This document shows positions 36,592 through 45,891 of a DNA stretch of 64,000 bases, piece by piece (position 1 is the first letter of the stretch; each line of letters starts with the position of its first letter). Below the pieces are notes generated by a model. That model did no database searches. It was not told where the DNA came from and worked only from the letters and a program-made list of their open reading frames with translations. Origin of the DNA: a candidate division WS1 bacterium (GTDB lineage Bacteria; Armatimonadota; Zipacnadia; Zipacnadales; UBA5352); assembly GCA_003566775.1 (NCBI GenBank), contig PXBW01000306.1:1359-65358 (forward strand), written 5' to 3'. The translations under genes and the position numbers were made by a program.

Positions 36592-37183
36592 GGCTGAGGT
36601 CGATGTTGATCCCGTCGAGCTTGAAGCGGAGATCACCGACGACGATCACATGCGCGGTCCCCGGGACGCTCCTCTGACCCTCGTCGAGTACGCGGACTAT
36701 CAGTGTGAGGCGTGTATAACGGGCTTTCACGCCGTTGAGAAGCTCATGGAGACGCATGGTGACCGTCTGCTCCTGGTATTCCGGCATTTCCCGCTGATGA
36801 GCTATCATCCGATGGCGATGCCGGGGGCGCTTGCAGCAGATGCAGCGGGCAAACAGGGCCGATTCTGGGAGATGCACGCGAATATATTCGACGCGGACGG
36901 TGAGTTTGACGACGACGATATTGTCCGTTGGGCGCATGAACTCGGGTTGGACGTCGATCAATTCGACGAGGATCGACACAGTGAGGAACTGGAGCAAGAG
37001 ATCCGTCAGGTACGTCTCGACGGTGCACGCTCCGGAGTTAACGGAACTCCGACTTTCTTCCTCAACAACCGGCGCATAGATATCCCGCCGGAGCACGAAT
37101 ACCTGGCCGGGTACGTGGAGCATTTCCTGACTCACATCGGGGATGGCGACTTACGGGGTCAGAGCCAGGCGCGTCCCTCTTAA
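36584..37183 (+). CDS. DsbA-like thioredoxin-fold protein (CxxC = CEAC)
   Basis: LVEYADYQCEACITGFHAV...GTPTFFLNN is DsbA-family. The GTG start overlaps the peroxiredoxin stop by 8 nt. An alternative ATG lies at 36650. Confidence 0.7.
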   Translation: MAEAEVDVDPVELEAEITDDDHMRGPRDAPLTLVEYADYQCEACITGFHAVEKLMETHGDRLLLVFRHFPLMSYHPMAMPGALAADAAGKQGRFWEMHANIFDADGEFDDDDIVRWAHELGLDVDQFDEDRHSEELEQEIRQVRLDGARSGVNGTPTFFLNNRRIDIPPEHEYLAGYVEHFLTHIGDGDLRGQSQARPS

Positions 37184-37387
37184 CCGCTCCGGATTGAGGT
37201 TCCAGATGGGGCTCGCGGTGAGAATGGATTGTGCGCGATTCGGTCGTGCGAAGACGCATGGATCCACTCAGCCCAGCAAACGAGCATTTCTGATTTGTCC
37301 GTACTGGCGATAGTCCACTTGCTCCCAGATTCGTCAATCACAATAATTGACCGGCGTCGGAGCCCGTGTTATAATTGTCCTCGCAGT

Positions 37388-37463
37388 GGGCCCGTAGCTC
37401 AGAGGTTAGAGCAACCGGCTCATAACCGGTTGGTCGCTGGTTCGATCCCAGCCGGGCCCACCA
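37388..37463 (+). tRNA. tRNA-Met (anticodon CAT); elongator-type, could alternatively be tRNA-Ile2 (LAU)
   Basis: Manual cloverleaf: acceptor GGGCCCG/CGGGCCC, D-stem GCTC/GAGC, anticodon stem ACCGG/CCGGT with loop CTCATAA, variable loop TGGTC, T-arm GCTGG-TTCGATC-CCAGC, discriminator A and an encoded CCA. G1:C72 pairs, so not an initiator tRNA. Confidence 0.85.
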
Positions 37464-37541
37464 CGAAAGGTCTATACCGTCTCGCCGTGCGAGCGGCGTA
37501 TCACAATGAATCGATGCATTGATCACTGAGCCCTAACCCAA

Positions 37542-37577
37542 GCGGGGCGGCTGCGTGCCGCCCCGTATGCCTTTTTC
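37542..37577 (+). terminator. Rho-independent terminator after the tRNA
   Basis: GCGGGGCGGC-tgcgt-GCCGCCCCG stem-loop followed by tatgccTTTTT. Confidence 0.55.
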
Positions 37578-37687
37578 GGAAGACTGTGTCAGTATCAGAC
37601 CTTCGCAGTGGCAGGCGCAGCACTCACTGCGGTCGAATGTCACATCTGAGATCGTGTTTCGAACGACAACAGGGCGGAGATGAACCG

Positions 37688-40600
37688 ATGCTTAGCCCAA
37701 TCGCGGATTACGTCAAGGCGCGCAGAAACGAACTTGGACGCCACGTGCTCTTCGTCGGGCACGCGATCCGCACGTCACCCGATGAGATAACAGTCGAGCG
37801 CCTTCTTCACAATATGGCTATCGACTGGGCCCGGGAGCACGAGATTGAACTACCGGAGGAAGACCCGGAAGAGGCCGCAATGCGGCTGATGGCTGAACGG
37901 ATACCGTCTCACCTTGAGCGCTGTCGCCTTCTCCGGGGGCTACTGGAGGAGCTCAGGCCCAGTGAGGCGCATATTCGTCTTGCTCGCATGATCTCCGACG
38001 GGTACTTCCCCGCGATCTTCACGACCGACCCCACGAATCTGCTCCAGCGCGCTCTGAACAGTCAGCACATGGAGCCGGAAAGTGACTACCATCTGCTGGT
38101 TGCCGGCGTCGATGACCCCGAGGAGATCGAGCTTGCCATCTCCGGCTCGACGCGTGTGGTCGTAGTCAAACTGGCCGGATCGATGACTGGTGACTTCCTC
38201 CCGCTCGCTCAGAGCGAAGTCGACGCGGCGATAGACGCCGTCGGCTCGGTGATCGAGCAGGCTTTTGGCACCCTTGCCCTGTTCGTGGCGTATACGGAGC
38301 GTGACCGTGCTCTCATCTCTCATCTGCCGGAGGACGGCGATCGTGCCTTCTGGATCAACCGCATCATCCCGATGGATGACGAGGACCTGTTCCAGGAACT
38401 GAAGATGGAGAGCCCCGACAGTGTTGAATATCACCGCCTGCAGCCGAAGGTGACGCGGATGCTGGAAAAGCGAGCCTCTGCTCGCCATCTTCTCTGCCGT
38501 GAACAGGGAGAGCCTAACGCATTCTTCAGCGGACTTGAGGATCGGGTCAGCCGCCACGACCGCTCCACCGGGAGGATGCGTAAGTCCGGCCCCACCCTCA
38601 GCGTGCTCACGGGAGGCCCCTACCGCTTTCTTGCGCCCTATCGCATGGAGGACGCCGAGCTATTCTATGGTCGAGAACAGGAGACCGAAGATGTCATCGA
38701 GATGATTCGCGAGAATCGCCTCAGTGTGCTCTTCGGAGGAATGGGGCGCGGCAAGACCTCTCTGCTGTGTGCCGGCGTCATGGCACGTATGCTCGACGAG
38801 GCGGAGGAGGCCGACACCGATCACGGAACCTTCTGGTTGCCCGTTTACGTGCGCTGTGGCATGGATCCACTCGAGAACACACGTGAGGCGATCGTGGAGG
38901 CTCTAAGCGAAATCGACATTGAAGACGTCGATCCTGAAGTATCGTTGCCCGAGTTGATAGAAGAGAGCATTGAGCGTTCCAAGCGTCCGATAGTGCTGCT
39001 CATCGATCAGTTCGAAGAATACTTCGTCCGTACAGGAGATCGGCTCCAGCAGCAGTTCGCCGCAGAACTCGCAGACGCGCTGGACAAATGTGACCGGTTG
39101 CGCGTGCTCATCAGTATTCGGGAGGACTACCTCGGTAAGCTCTACGAACTGCACGAACAGTTCCCCACGATTCTGCACAACGTATATCGGCTGCGCAAGC
39201 TCAGCTCGCGCCAGGCCAAGGTTGCGGCCATGAAGCCGGGAGCAAACTTCCATTTGACCGTTGAGGAGGAACTCGTGGACCGCGTCCTCGAAGATCTCTG
39301 CGACGATGATGGATGTGAGCCGACCGAACTTCAAATCGTGATGGATAGACTCTATCAGACGTTGTCCCCGCACCGGCATGTGATGGCTGCCACGGCATAC
39401 GAGCAGCTTGACGGCGCGGACAGGATCCTGCGTAACTATCTCGAACACGCCCTCCAACAGCTTCCGCCCTGGGAAAGGCGTCTCGTCCGGAACATACTCA
39501 AGCAGATGGTCCAATCCTCGGAGTTGAAGGCCATTCGCCCCGTGGAACGTCTTGCTTCAGAGGTCGGTCAATCCGAAGAAACCGTCGAGCGCATTCTCGC
39601 CCGTCTCGAGGATCTACGCCTCGTGCGTCGCGTCGGCAAGCCCGATCAGCATGAGTACGAGGTGGTTCACGAGTACGTGGCGCACAAGATCGATGAGTGG
39701 ATGACCGAGCGTCAGATCGAGGTCAAAGATGTTCAGGACCTGATCACCCGCGAATTGGGCAACTATCAGAAGTTCGGCCTGCGCATGCAGGAGAGTGCGC
39801 TCAGAGTAATCGAGAGCCATCGCAATGAGCTTACGATCTCGCCGGAAGAGATGGCCCTGATTATCCGCAGTGCGGTACATCACGAGGTTGATGTTGGATA
39901 CTGGCTGCGACGCGCCGATGAACTCGAGGATCTGCTCGAGCCCACCCTCAAGGACATGCTTCGTGCGGAAGAGGCGCATGTGCGCCGCTCCGCCCTTCGT
40001 GCACTGGGCCCTCACGTTTCGAGGTCCTATCTGCCCGAACTGGTCGATCTACTTGATGACGAACAGGAGGACGTCCGCACGCAGGCCGAGGAGTATCTGC
40101 GAGGGCTCGATCGCCAACTTGTCCACATGCTTGGACGCGGCAGTAAAGAAGAGAGGCATCTTGCCGCGTACGCTCTGGGAAGGATCGAGAGCCGTCGAGC
40201 GCTGCGACCTCTGACGCAGGCCCTGCGCGACGACGATGACGAGATGCGGGACGAGATCGCTGAGGCCCTCATGGAGATGGACAGCGATTCGACCACCCGC
40301 ATGCTGCTGCGCCGACTGCGCGAGAGTCCCGAAGCCCCGTGGGCGGTGGCATATGCACTCGGACGCGTGGCACAGGATTCCAGCGCGGTGGACGACATCG
40401 CGCAGGCGCGCCGCAACTCGCCACGTTCGGCCCAGATCACTTTCGCTCTGGCGATGGCTCTCGCCCAGCGCCGCGACTTCGAGGAGGCGCTGGAGTTACT
40501 CGATCAGGCGGAGAAGCTCGCGAGCACCGAGACCGGCCGCAAGAGCATAACGGAGATACGCAACGAGGTACTGGAGCAGCAGGAGCGGGCGAGCCGTTTC

Positions 40601-41653
40601 GAGGATTGGACCACATTTCATGGCAATCCGCGCAGAACCGGATACTCGAGCGAACGTGTTACACCACCCCTGCGAGTTCGCTGGAGATTTCAGACACGTG
40701 GTCCCGTAGTTGGCGGGCCAGCGGTCGGCAGAGGCATGGTGTGCGTCGGATCCAGAGACAGCTACGTGTACGCCCTCGATAGCAGTTCGGGCCATCTTCT
40801 CTGGGAGGTCCACACGGAAGACCGCGTTGAATCGACACCCACACTGGCAGGTGACCGCCTCTATCTCACCTCCCGCGATGGACACATCTACTGTCTCGCC
40901 ACCTCCGACGGCAGTGAGCACTGGTCCTACGATACAGGGGCGGCCAGTCGCTCCTCTCCCGCGGTGGCCGATGACGTTGTCTTCGCGGGCAATCAGCGCG
41001 GCAGCCTCATTGCGGTTGACCGAAAGAGCGGCACCCTCCGCTGGCAGGCGACTGCCCGGGATGAGATCTCAGCAGCCCCCACCATCGCTGATGATCTGGT
41101 GATAGTCGGCTCATGGGACGGTACCGTGCACGCATTCTCTCGCGAGGATGGTGAACAGGCCTGGGTGCGCGAGGTGGAGGAGCCGGTAGCAGCCGCAGGG
41201 GCATTCGCCGATGGGATCTACTACGTCGGCACCGATGCCCTCAGTATCCTCGCCCTCGATATCACCACCGGAGAGACAGTCTGGGAGACCGATATTGAGG
41301 ATCGAGTCCGTTGCTGCCCCGCCCTCACCGAAGACCTGGTTGTCTTCGGAGCAATGGATGGCCGCGTGTACGCAGTCGGCCGGGACGAAGGCCAGCTTGT
41401 GTGGAGCTTTGAGACCGAGGACGAGATTCTCGCATCCCCCGCTATCACCAATGACGTCGTCTATGTTGGCTCCAAAGACGGGGCGCTGTACACTCTATCT
41501 GTTGAGGATGGCCGCGAGATATGGCGGTACTCCACCTCTTACGCGGTGTACTCCTCTCCCGCCACCGCCGAGCAGATGGTGATCCTGGGGATGCAGTACT
41601 ACGATGTTGTTGCATTCGTCGGACAGGAGTTCAAACCGGGAGCACTGACATGA
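37688..41653 (+). CDS. Large multidomain protein: SIR2_2-like N-domain, P-loop NTPase (STAND/NACHT-like), HEAT-like repeats and a C-terminal PQQ-type beta-propeller; candidate immune/signalling STAND protein
   Basis: SIR2_2 blocks in order: HVLFVGHAIRTS, AIFTTDPTNLLQRAL, VVVKLAGSMTGDF, LFVAYTERDRALI. NTPase: FYGREQE...VLFGGMGRGKTSLL (Walker A), LLIDQFEE (Walker B), RVLISIRED. HEAT-like: HVRRSALRALG...EDVRTQAEEYL...ALRPLTQALRDDDDEMRDEIAEAL. Eight YxxD/G-xxG-xxxW propeller blades (VYALDSSSGHLLWE, IYCLATSDGSEHWS, LIAVDRKSGTLRWQ, VHAFSREDGEQAW, ILALDITTGETVWE, VYAVGRDEGQLVWS, LYTLSVEDGREIWR). No signal peptide. The start could be at 37586, 37637 or 37688; the last sits just before the SIR2 block. 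Confidence 0.7.
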   Translation: MLSPIADYVKARRNELGRHVLFVGHAIRTSPDEITVERLLHNMAIDWAREHEIELPEEDPEEAAMRLMAERIPSHLERCRLLRGLLEELRPSEAHIRLARMISDGYFPAIFTTDPTNLLQRALNSQHMEPESDYHLLVAGVDDPEEIELAISGSTRVVVVKLAGSMTGDFLPLAQSEVDAAIDAVGSVIEQAFGTLALFVAYTERDRALISHLPEDGDRAFWINRIIPMDDEDLFQELKMESPDSVEYHRLQPKVTRMLEKRASARHLLCREQGEPNAFFSGLEDRVSRHDRSTGRMRKSGPTLSVLTGGPYRFLAPYRMEDAELFYGREQETEDVIEMIRENRLSVLFGGMGRGKTSLLCAGVMARMLDEAEEADTDHGTFWLPVYVRCGMDPLENTREAIVEALSEIDIEDVDPEVSLPELIEESIERSKRPIVLLIDQFEEYFVRTGDRLQQQFAAELADALDKCDRLRVLISIREDYLGKLYELHEQFPTILHNVYRLRKLSSRQAKVAAMKPGANFHLTVEEELVDRVLEDLCDDDGCEPTELQIVMDRLYQTLSPHRHVMAATAYEQLDGADRILRNYLEHALQQLPPWERRLVRNILKQMVQSSELKAIRPVERLASEVGQSEETVERILARLEDLRLVRRVGKPDQHEYEVVHEYVAHKIDEWMTERQIEVKDVQDLITRELGNYQKFGLRMQESALRVIESHRNELTISPEEMALIIRSAVHHEVDVGYWLRRADELEDLLEPTLKDMLRAEEAHVRRSALRALGPHVSRSYLPELVDLLDDEQEDVRTQAEEYLRGLDRQLVHMLGRGSKEERHLAAYALGRIESRRALRPLTQALRDDDDEMRDEIAEALMEMDSDSTTRMLLRRLRESPEAPWAVAYALGRVAQDSSAVDDIAQARRNSPRSAQITFALAMALAQRRDFEEALELLDQAEKLASTETGRKSITEIRNEVLEQQERASRFEDWTTFHGNPRRTGYSSERVTPPLRVRWRFQTRGPVVGGPAVGRGMVCVGSRDSYVYALDSSSGHLLWEVHTEDRVESTPTLAGDRLYLTSRDGHIYCLATSDGSEHWSYDTGAASRSSPAVADDVVFAGNQRGSLIAVDRKSGTLRWQATARDEISAAPTIADDLVIVGSWDGTVHAFSREDGEQAWVREVEEPVAAAGAFADGIYYVGTDALSILALDITTGETVWETDIEDRVRCCPALTEDLVVFGAMDGRVYAVGRDEGQLVWSFETEDEILASPAITNDVVYVGSKDGALYTLSVEDGREIWRYSTSYAVYSSPATAEQMVILGMQYYDVVAFVGQEFKPGALT

Positions 41654-42543
41654 GGCGATTCCTCGTATTGGTGGTCGGCATCGCGACCGTGGCCTCAGCC
41701 GGCTGCGGGACAGTCGATCACATGCGTCGAGACTTCGTGGCCCCGCGCTACATTCAGCAGGCGGAGGCTAAGGTCCATCGCCTGCCGCGCGATCCCGGAG
41801 CGGCGGAGCGGGCGGCGGACCGTGCGCTGCGGCTCATGCCCGATGCACCAGAGCTTCAACTGAGGGCAGCACGCGTGTACGCGTCGGCTCGGGCGTGGGA
41901 GAAGGCCATCCGGCTGTTCGAAGCACAGGCGAACCTGGCCACCCTCGATCAGTTGACCTACGCACTGTGCCTGCTTGAAGCCGAACGGCGGGAACTTGGA
42001 GCGGAGATCTGCCTCCGTGTGATCAACCGGGCACACCGGGACCATCAGCAGGGCAGAATAGGCAGATTGCAGTGGGCACTACTGCTAAACAACGCCGGAT
42101 ACATCCTTGCAGATGCCGACATCGAGGTTGATCGCGCTTATGCGGCGGTCACGGAAGCAGTGGAGGCATTTCCGCTACAGGCCGCGTTCGTTGATAGCCG
42201 CGGCTGGGCCTTATATCGTCAGGGCAAGCTCAACGATGCAGCCTTCTACCTCGAAAGAGCCCGCCGACACGCGGAACGGGAGGATCCGGAAGTGCTGTAT
42301 CACCTCGGAGTCGTTTACGGTCGCCTCGAACGTTATGGAGAGGCCTACGACGTACTTACCAGAGCGCAAGAACTCGATCCGGACTGGGAGCCGATAACCG
42401 AGGAATTGCGGCGCCTGGGACGGATACTTCCTCCTCCGGCTCTCTGTAATCGCCACAGGCGGTCACCGTCAATGCCAATTCTCAGGGCTGCGCGGCAGAT
42501 GGACGGGGCCCTGACCTCTATGATCGGAGAGATTCAGCGATGA
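41650..42543 (+). CDS. TPR-repeat lipoprotein
   Basis: Signal peptide plus lipobox VASAGCG, then TPR-like helical repeats. Its ATG overlaps the stop of the upstream giant gene (ATGA). Confidence 0.55.
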   Translation: MRRFLVLVVGIATVASAGCGTVDHMRRDFVAPRYIQQAEAKVHRLPRDPGAAERAADRALRLMPDAPELQLRAARVYASARAWEKAIRLFEAQANLATLDQLTYALCLLEAERRELGAEICLRVINRAHRDHQQGRIGRLQWALLLNNAGYILADADIEVDRAYAAVTEAVEAFPLQAAFVDSRGWALYRQGKLNDAAFYLERARRHAEREDPEVLYHLGVVYGRLERYGEAYDVLTRAQELDPDWEPITEELRRLGRILPPPALCNRHRRSPSMPILRAARQMDGALTSMIGEIQR

Positions 42544-43724
42544 GGATAGCCCGCAGAATGGAAGCCATCAGCCCTTCTGCCACGATTGGAATGAAGGTCA
42601 AGGCGGATGAACTCAGAGCACAGGGCAGAGAGGTACTGTCTTTCGCCCTCGGCGAACCTGACTTCCCAACTCCGGACAACGTGATCGAGGCGGGAAAACG
42701 TGCTCTCGACGAGGGGGAAACGAAGTACACGGCCGCGACCGGGACCCTTGCGTTGAGACAGGCAATCGCCACCGCGACAGAACGCGACCTCGGTGTGCAG
42801 TATGATCCGGGACAAGTAGTCGTGTCCAACGGCGCCAAGCATTCACTATGCAACCTGGCGATGACAATGGTGCAGCCGGGTGACGAGATAATTGTGTTCT
42901 CACCATTCTGGGTTACCTATCCAGATCAACTCAGCCTCTGCGGCGGTCGACCGGTGGTGGTCGAGACTACTGACAAGGACGACTTCCAACCCGACCTCGA
43001 CCGAATACGCGCCGCTATCACTCCCTGGACCACCACGATCATGATCAATAGTCCCTCGAACCCCACCGGGGCGGTGTACCAGCGGGAGATTATCGAGGGC
43101 ATTGCGGAGATTGCGTTAGAACACGACCTGCTAATCGTTTCCGACGAGATCTACAAGCAGATCCGCTTTGATGGCAACGGGCACCTCAGCCCTGCCCAGC
43201 TTTGTGATGAGGTGAAAGAGCGCACCGTGATCGTGGATGGTGTTGCCAAGAGCTACGCAATGACCGGATGGCGTATCGGCTGGATCTGCGCGCCGCCGGA
43301 GATTGCCTCAGCCTGCGGCAGTCTGCAGGGCCAGAGCACGTCATGTCCGAACGCAATCGCTCAGGCAGCCACGATCGAGGCGCTCAACGGGCCTCAGGAT
43401 TCCGTCCAGACGATGCGCGAGCAGTTCGAGCGACGCCGTGACTTCGTCGTCGGGCGTCTCGCGGAGATACCCGAGGTCAGCTGCGCCACACCGCGTGGCG
43501 CCTTCTACGCATTCCCGAACGTCTCCGCGTACTACGGCCGCAAGTTCGGAGAGCACACCATCAACGGCTCCCTTGACATGGCTGAGTATCTGCTGACGGA
43601 GGGCCTTATCAGCCTCGTGCCGGGGGAAGCGTTCGGTGCGGATGACTACATTCGCCTGAGCTTCGCCGCGAGCATGGAGGAGATCGACGAGGGTCTCATG
43701 CGTTTCGCGCAGGCTCTCGCCTGA
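42540..43724 (+). CDS. aspC: Aspartate/aromatic aminotransferase (PLP-dependent, class I)
   Basis: [16 protein letters not shown] and [18 protein letters not shown] (PLP-Lys region), with full-length AspC-like similarity. ATGA overlap with the upstream gene. Confidence 0.85.
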   Translation: MRIARRMEAISPSATIGMKVKADELRAQGREVLSFALGEPDFPTPDNVIEAGKRALDEGETKYTAATGTLALRQAIATATERDLGVQYDPGQVVVSNGAKHSLCNLAMTMVQPGDEIIVFSPFWVTYPDQLSLCGGRPVVVETTDKDDFQPDLDRIRAAITPWTTTIMINSPSNPTGAVYQREIIEGIAEIALEHDLLIVSDEIYKQIRFDGNGHLSPAQLCDEVKERTVIVDGVAKSYAMTGWRIGWICAPPEIASACGSLQGQSTSCPNAIAQAATIEALNGPQDSVQTMREQFERRRDFVVGRLAEIPEVSCATPRGAFYAFPNVSAYYGRKFGEHTINGSLDMAEYLLTEGLISLVPGEAFGADDYIRLSFAASMEEIDEGLMRFAQALA

Positions 43725-43780
43725 ACTACGTACGAGGCTGAGAAATCAGTACATCATCACGAACGATTTTCACTCAACGC

Positions 43781-43803
43781 GAGCGGGGCGTGAGTCCCCG
43801 CTC
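43781..43803 (+). terminator. GC-rich hairpin downstream of aspC (possible terminator without U-tract)
   Basis: GAGCGGGG-cgtgagt-CCCCGCTC. Confidence 0.25.
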
Positions 43804-43827
43804 GGTTACCTGTCAGGAGGAGAGAAT

Positions 43828-44907
43828 GTGTACACAATCACGCTGATTCCGGGCGACGGAACCGGACCCGAGATCGTCGATGCGATGCGCCGCTGCGTGG
43901 AAGCCACCGGTGTCGACATTACCTGGGACGTACAACACGCGGGTATGACCGTGCTCGAAGAAGAGGGAACTCCGCTTCCCGACAGCGTCCTCGACTCGAT
44001 TCGAGAGAACAGGGTCGCCATCAAAGGACCGATCACAACGCCCGTGGGAGGCGGTTTCCGCAGCGTAAACGTAGCTCTGCGCAAACTGCTGGACCTCTAC
44101 GCCTGCCTGCGACCGAGCAAGTTCTACGAAGGGGTCAAGTCGCGCTATCCCGAGGCCGATCTCGTGGTCGTGCGGGAGAACACCGAGGATGTTTACGCGG
44201 GTATCGAATTCGAGCGCGGCACAGACGAGTGCGCCGAAATCATGGAGCAAATCGAGCGCCTCACAGGCGAGTCGATTTTGGACGACTCGGGCATCTCGAT
44301 AAAGCCGATTTCGGAGAGCGCTTCCGCCCGGATCGTACGCTTCGCGTTCGACTACGCAATCGAGAACGGCCGCACCAAGGTCACAGCGGTGCATAAGGCC
44401 AACATTCAGAAGTTTTCGGACGGACTGTTCCTCGAGACCGCACGGCGCGTCGCCGAGGAGTACGCCGACAGCGGTATCGAGTTCGAGGATCGCATCGTGG
44501 ACAACATGGCGATGCAACTGGTGCAAAAGCCGGACTGGTACGATGTGCTGGTGATGCCAAATCTGTATGGGGACGTGATCAGCGACCTCGCGTGCGGACT
44601 GATCGGGGGCCTGGGCGTCGCCCCGGGTGCCAATATCGGCGAGGAGATCGCGGTGTTCGAACCGACACACGGAAGCGCCCCGAAGTACGCGGGGCAGAAC
44701 CGGGTTAACCCGACTGCGACTATTCTCTCGGCAGTGATGATGTTGGATCATCTCAAGGAGCACGAAGCCGCCGATCGTCTCGAGAATGCCATCGCAGAGG
44801 TAATCGCGGAGGGTGACCGCGTCACCTACGATCTAAAGCCTGATCGCGATGATCCCAGCGCGGTGGGGACCTCCGAGATGGCGGATGCGATCATAGAGCG
44901 GCTCTGA
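43828..44907 (+). CDS. Isocitrate/isopropylmalate dehydrogenase family protein (likely NAD-dependent isocitrate dehydrogenase)
   Basis: [14 protein letters not shown]-terminus and [19 protein letters not shown] metal/substrate motif. GTG start with an AGGAGG RBS 7 nt upstream. Malate dehydrogenase lies 1 kb downstream. Confidence 0.7.
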   Translation: MYTITLIPGDGTGPEIVDAMRRCVEATGVDITWDVQHAGMTVLEEEGTPLPDSVLDSIRENRVAIKGPITTPVGGGFRSVNVALRKLLDLYACLRPSKFYEGVKSRYPEADLVVVRENTEDVYAGIEFERGTDECAEIMEQIERLTGESILDDSGISIKPISESASARIVRFAFDYAIENGRTKVTAVHKANIQKFSDGLFLETARRVAEEYADSGIEFEDRIVDNMAMQLVQKPDWYDVLVMPNLYGDVISDLACGLIGGLGVAPGANIGEEIAVFEPTHGSAPKYAGQNRVNPTATILSAVMMLDHLKEHEAADRLENAIAEVIAEGDRVTYDLKPDRDDPSAVGTSEMADAIIERL

Positions 44908-45010
44908 ACGCTGCGGGGATATGAGGGCCGGTGTCACCGGAGCGGCGCTGCCTGGCCGACCGCCTCGGTCTGATATCTGCTCATCCTGCCGACAGGATGA
45001 ACGTCCTGCC

Positions 45011-45038
45011 GGGGGCGGGACAGGGCTGTCCGCCCCCC
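45011..45038. terminator. Hairpin between convergent genes (possible bidirectional terminator)
   Basis: GGGGCGGGACAG-ggc-TGTCCGCCCCC lies between the IDH stop (44907) and the minus-strand metalloprotease stop (45046). Confidence 0.3.
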
Positions 45039-45045
45039 AGCACAC

Positions 45046-45822
45046 CTACCGTCTTCTCCTCAGCGGCCAGGTCACAACCACCGCCGGAATACCCACCAGC
45101 AGGAGGGCCATTATTCCGAAGCTGAGCACCGAAGAGGCCCATGACATCGCCCAGCCTACATACACGTCGACCGCCGTGCGATAGGGCGCGAAGCGATCCA
45201 ACTCGAAGACCACCAGGATGCCGCCGATAGTCAACGTCGTCGCCACGGCCAATGCGGGCAGACTCGCCTTCAGATCTATGTCACTTGGCGCGAGTTCGAC
45301 GCCAATACTGAGCGCGAGGAGAAGAAACACCCATGTCCTTAGAGCATAATAGTCGAGGCTCAGCAGTAGATCAATCAGCCGCCGCCAGTCCGCGGTGATC
45401 GCAAGCTCTCGCGGGTCCTCCGGCACGCCGAGCGCCCATGAGATCAGCCATAGGGCGAGCGCGCCGGTGAACAGCGGCATGAGCGCCGCAAGGCCGGTCG
45501 CCAGCCATTGGACGGCCCACGGCGCCCATCTTCTCCCGGGCCTGCAGTAGCCACGCCCATTCGGGTCGATGAACGCGGGCACGAGCCTGCTTACTCCGTA
45601 TCCGCCGATGAGATAACCAAGCGCATGGCTCATCTCATGGAGGATGTTGCCCGGAGCACGCAGAATATCGACCACCAGCCTGCGGGCAGTGGATCTCCCC
45701 CACGCGGCCCGCAGCACCCACTCAAAGAGCAGGCGCGAGATAGCGTAGAGAAGAGCTGCCTCGCCCGCAACGAGGATCACGCGGCGTATGAGTTCGAATG
45801 CCGAGGGCATAACGCGACGCAT
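45046..45822 (-). CDS. Putative integral-membrane zinc metalloprotease (HExxH motif HEMSH)
   Basis: At least six TM segments with NILHEMSHALGY between them. Family unassigned; M50/DUF3267-like. Confidence 0.4.
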   Translation of the reverse strand: MRRVMPSAFELIRRVILVAGEAALLYAISRLLFEWVLRAAWGRSTARRLVVDILRAPGNILHEMSHALGYLIGGYGVSRLVPAFIDPNGRGYCRPGRRWAPWAVQWLATGLAALMPLFTGALALWLISWALGVPEDPRELAITADWRRLIDLLLSLDYYALRTWVFLLLALSIGVELAPSDIDLKASLPALAVATTLTIGGILVVFELDRFAPYRTAVDVYVGWAMSWASSVLSFGIMALLLVGIPAVVVTWPLRRRR

Positions 45823-45891
45823 TATAACACATGCGCGTCCCGTTGATTACCATCGGGGCCGTCTGCAGTCTAAGGATTTCGGGAGCGAACA

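Noticed and set aside
36479-37135. 218-aa minus-strand ORF
   Set aside because: Antisense to the DsbA-like gene.
37940-39514. 205-aa and 203-aa minus-strand ORFs
   Set aside because: Antisense to the SIR2/STAND giant gene.
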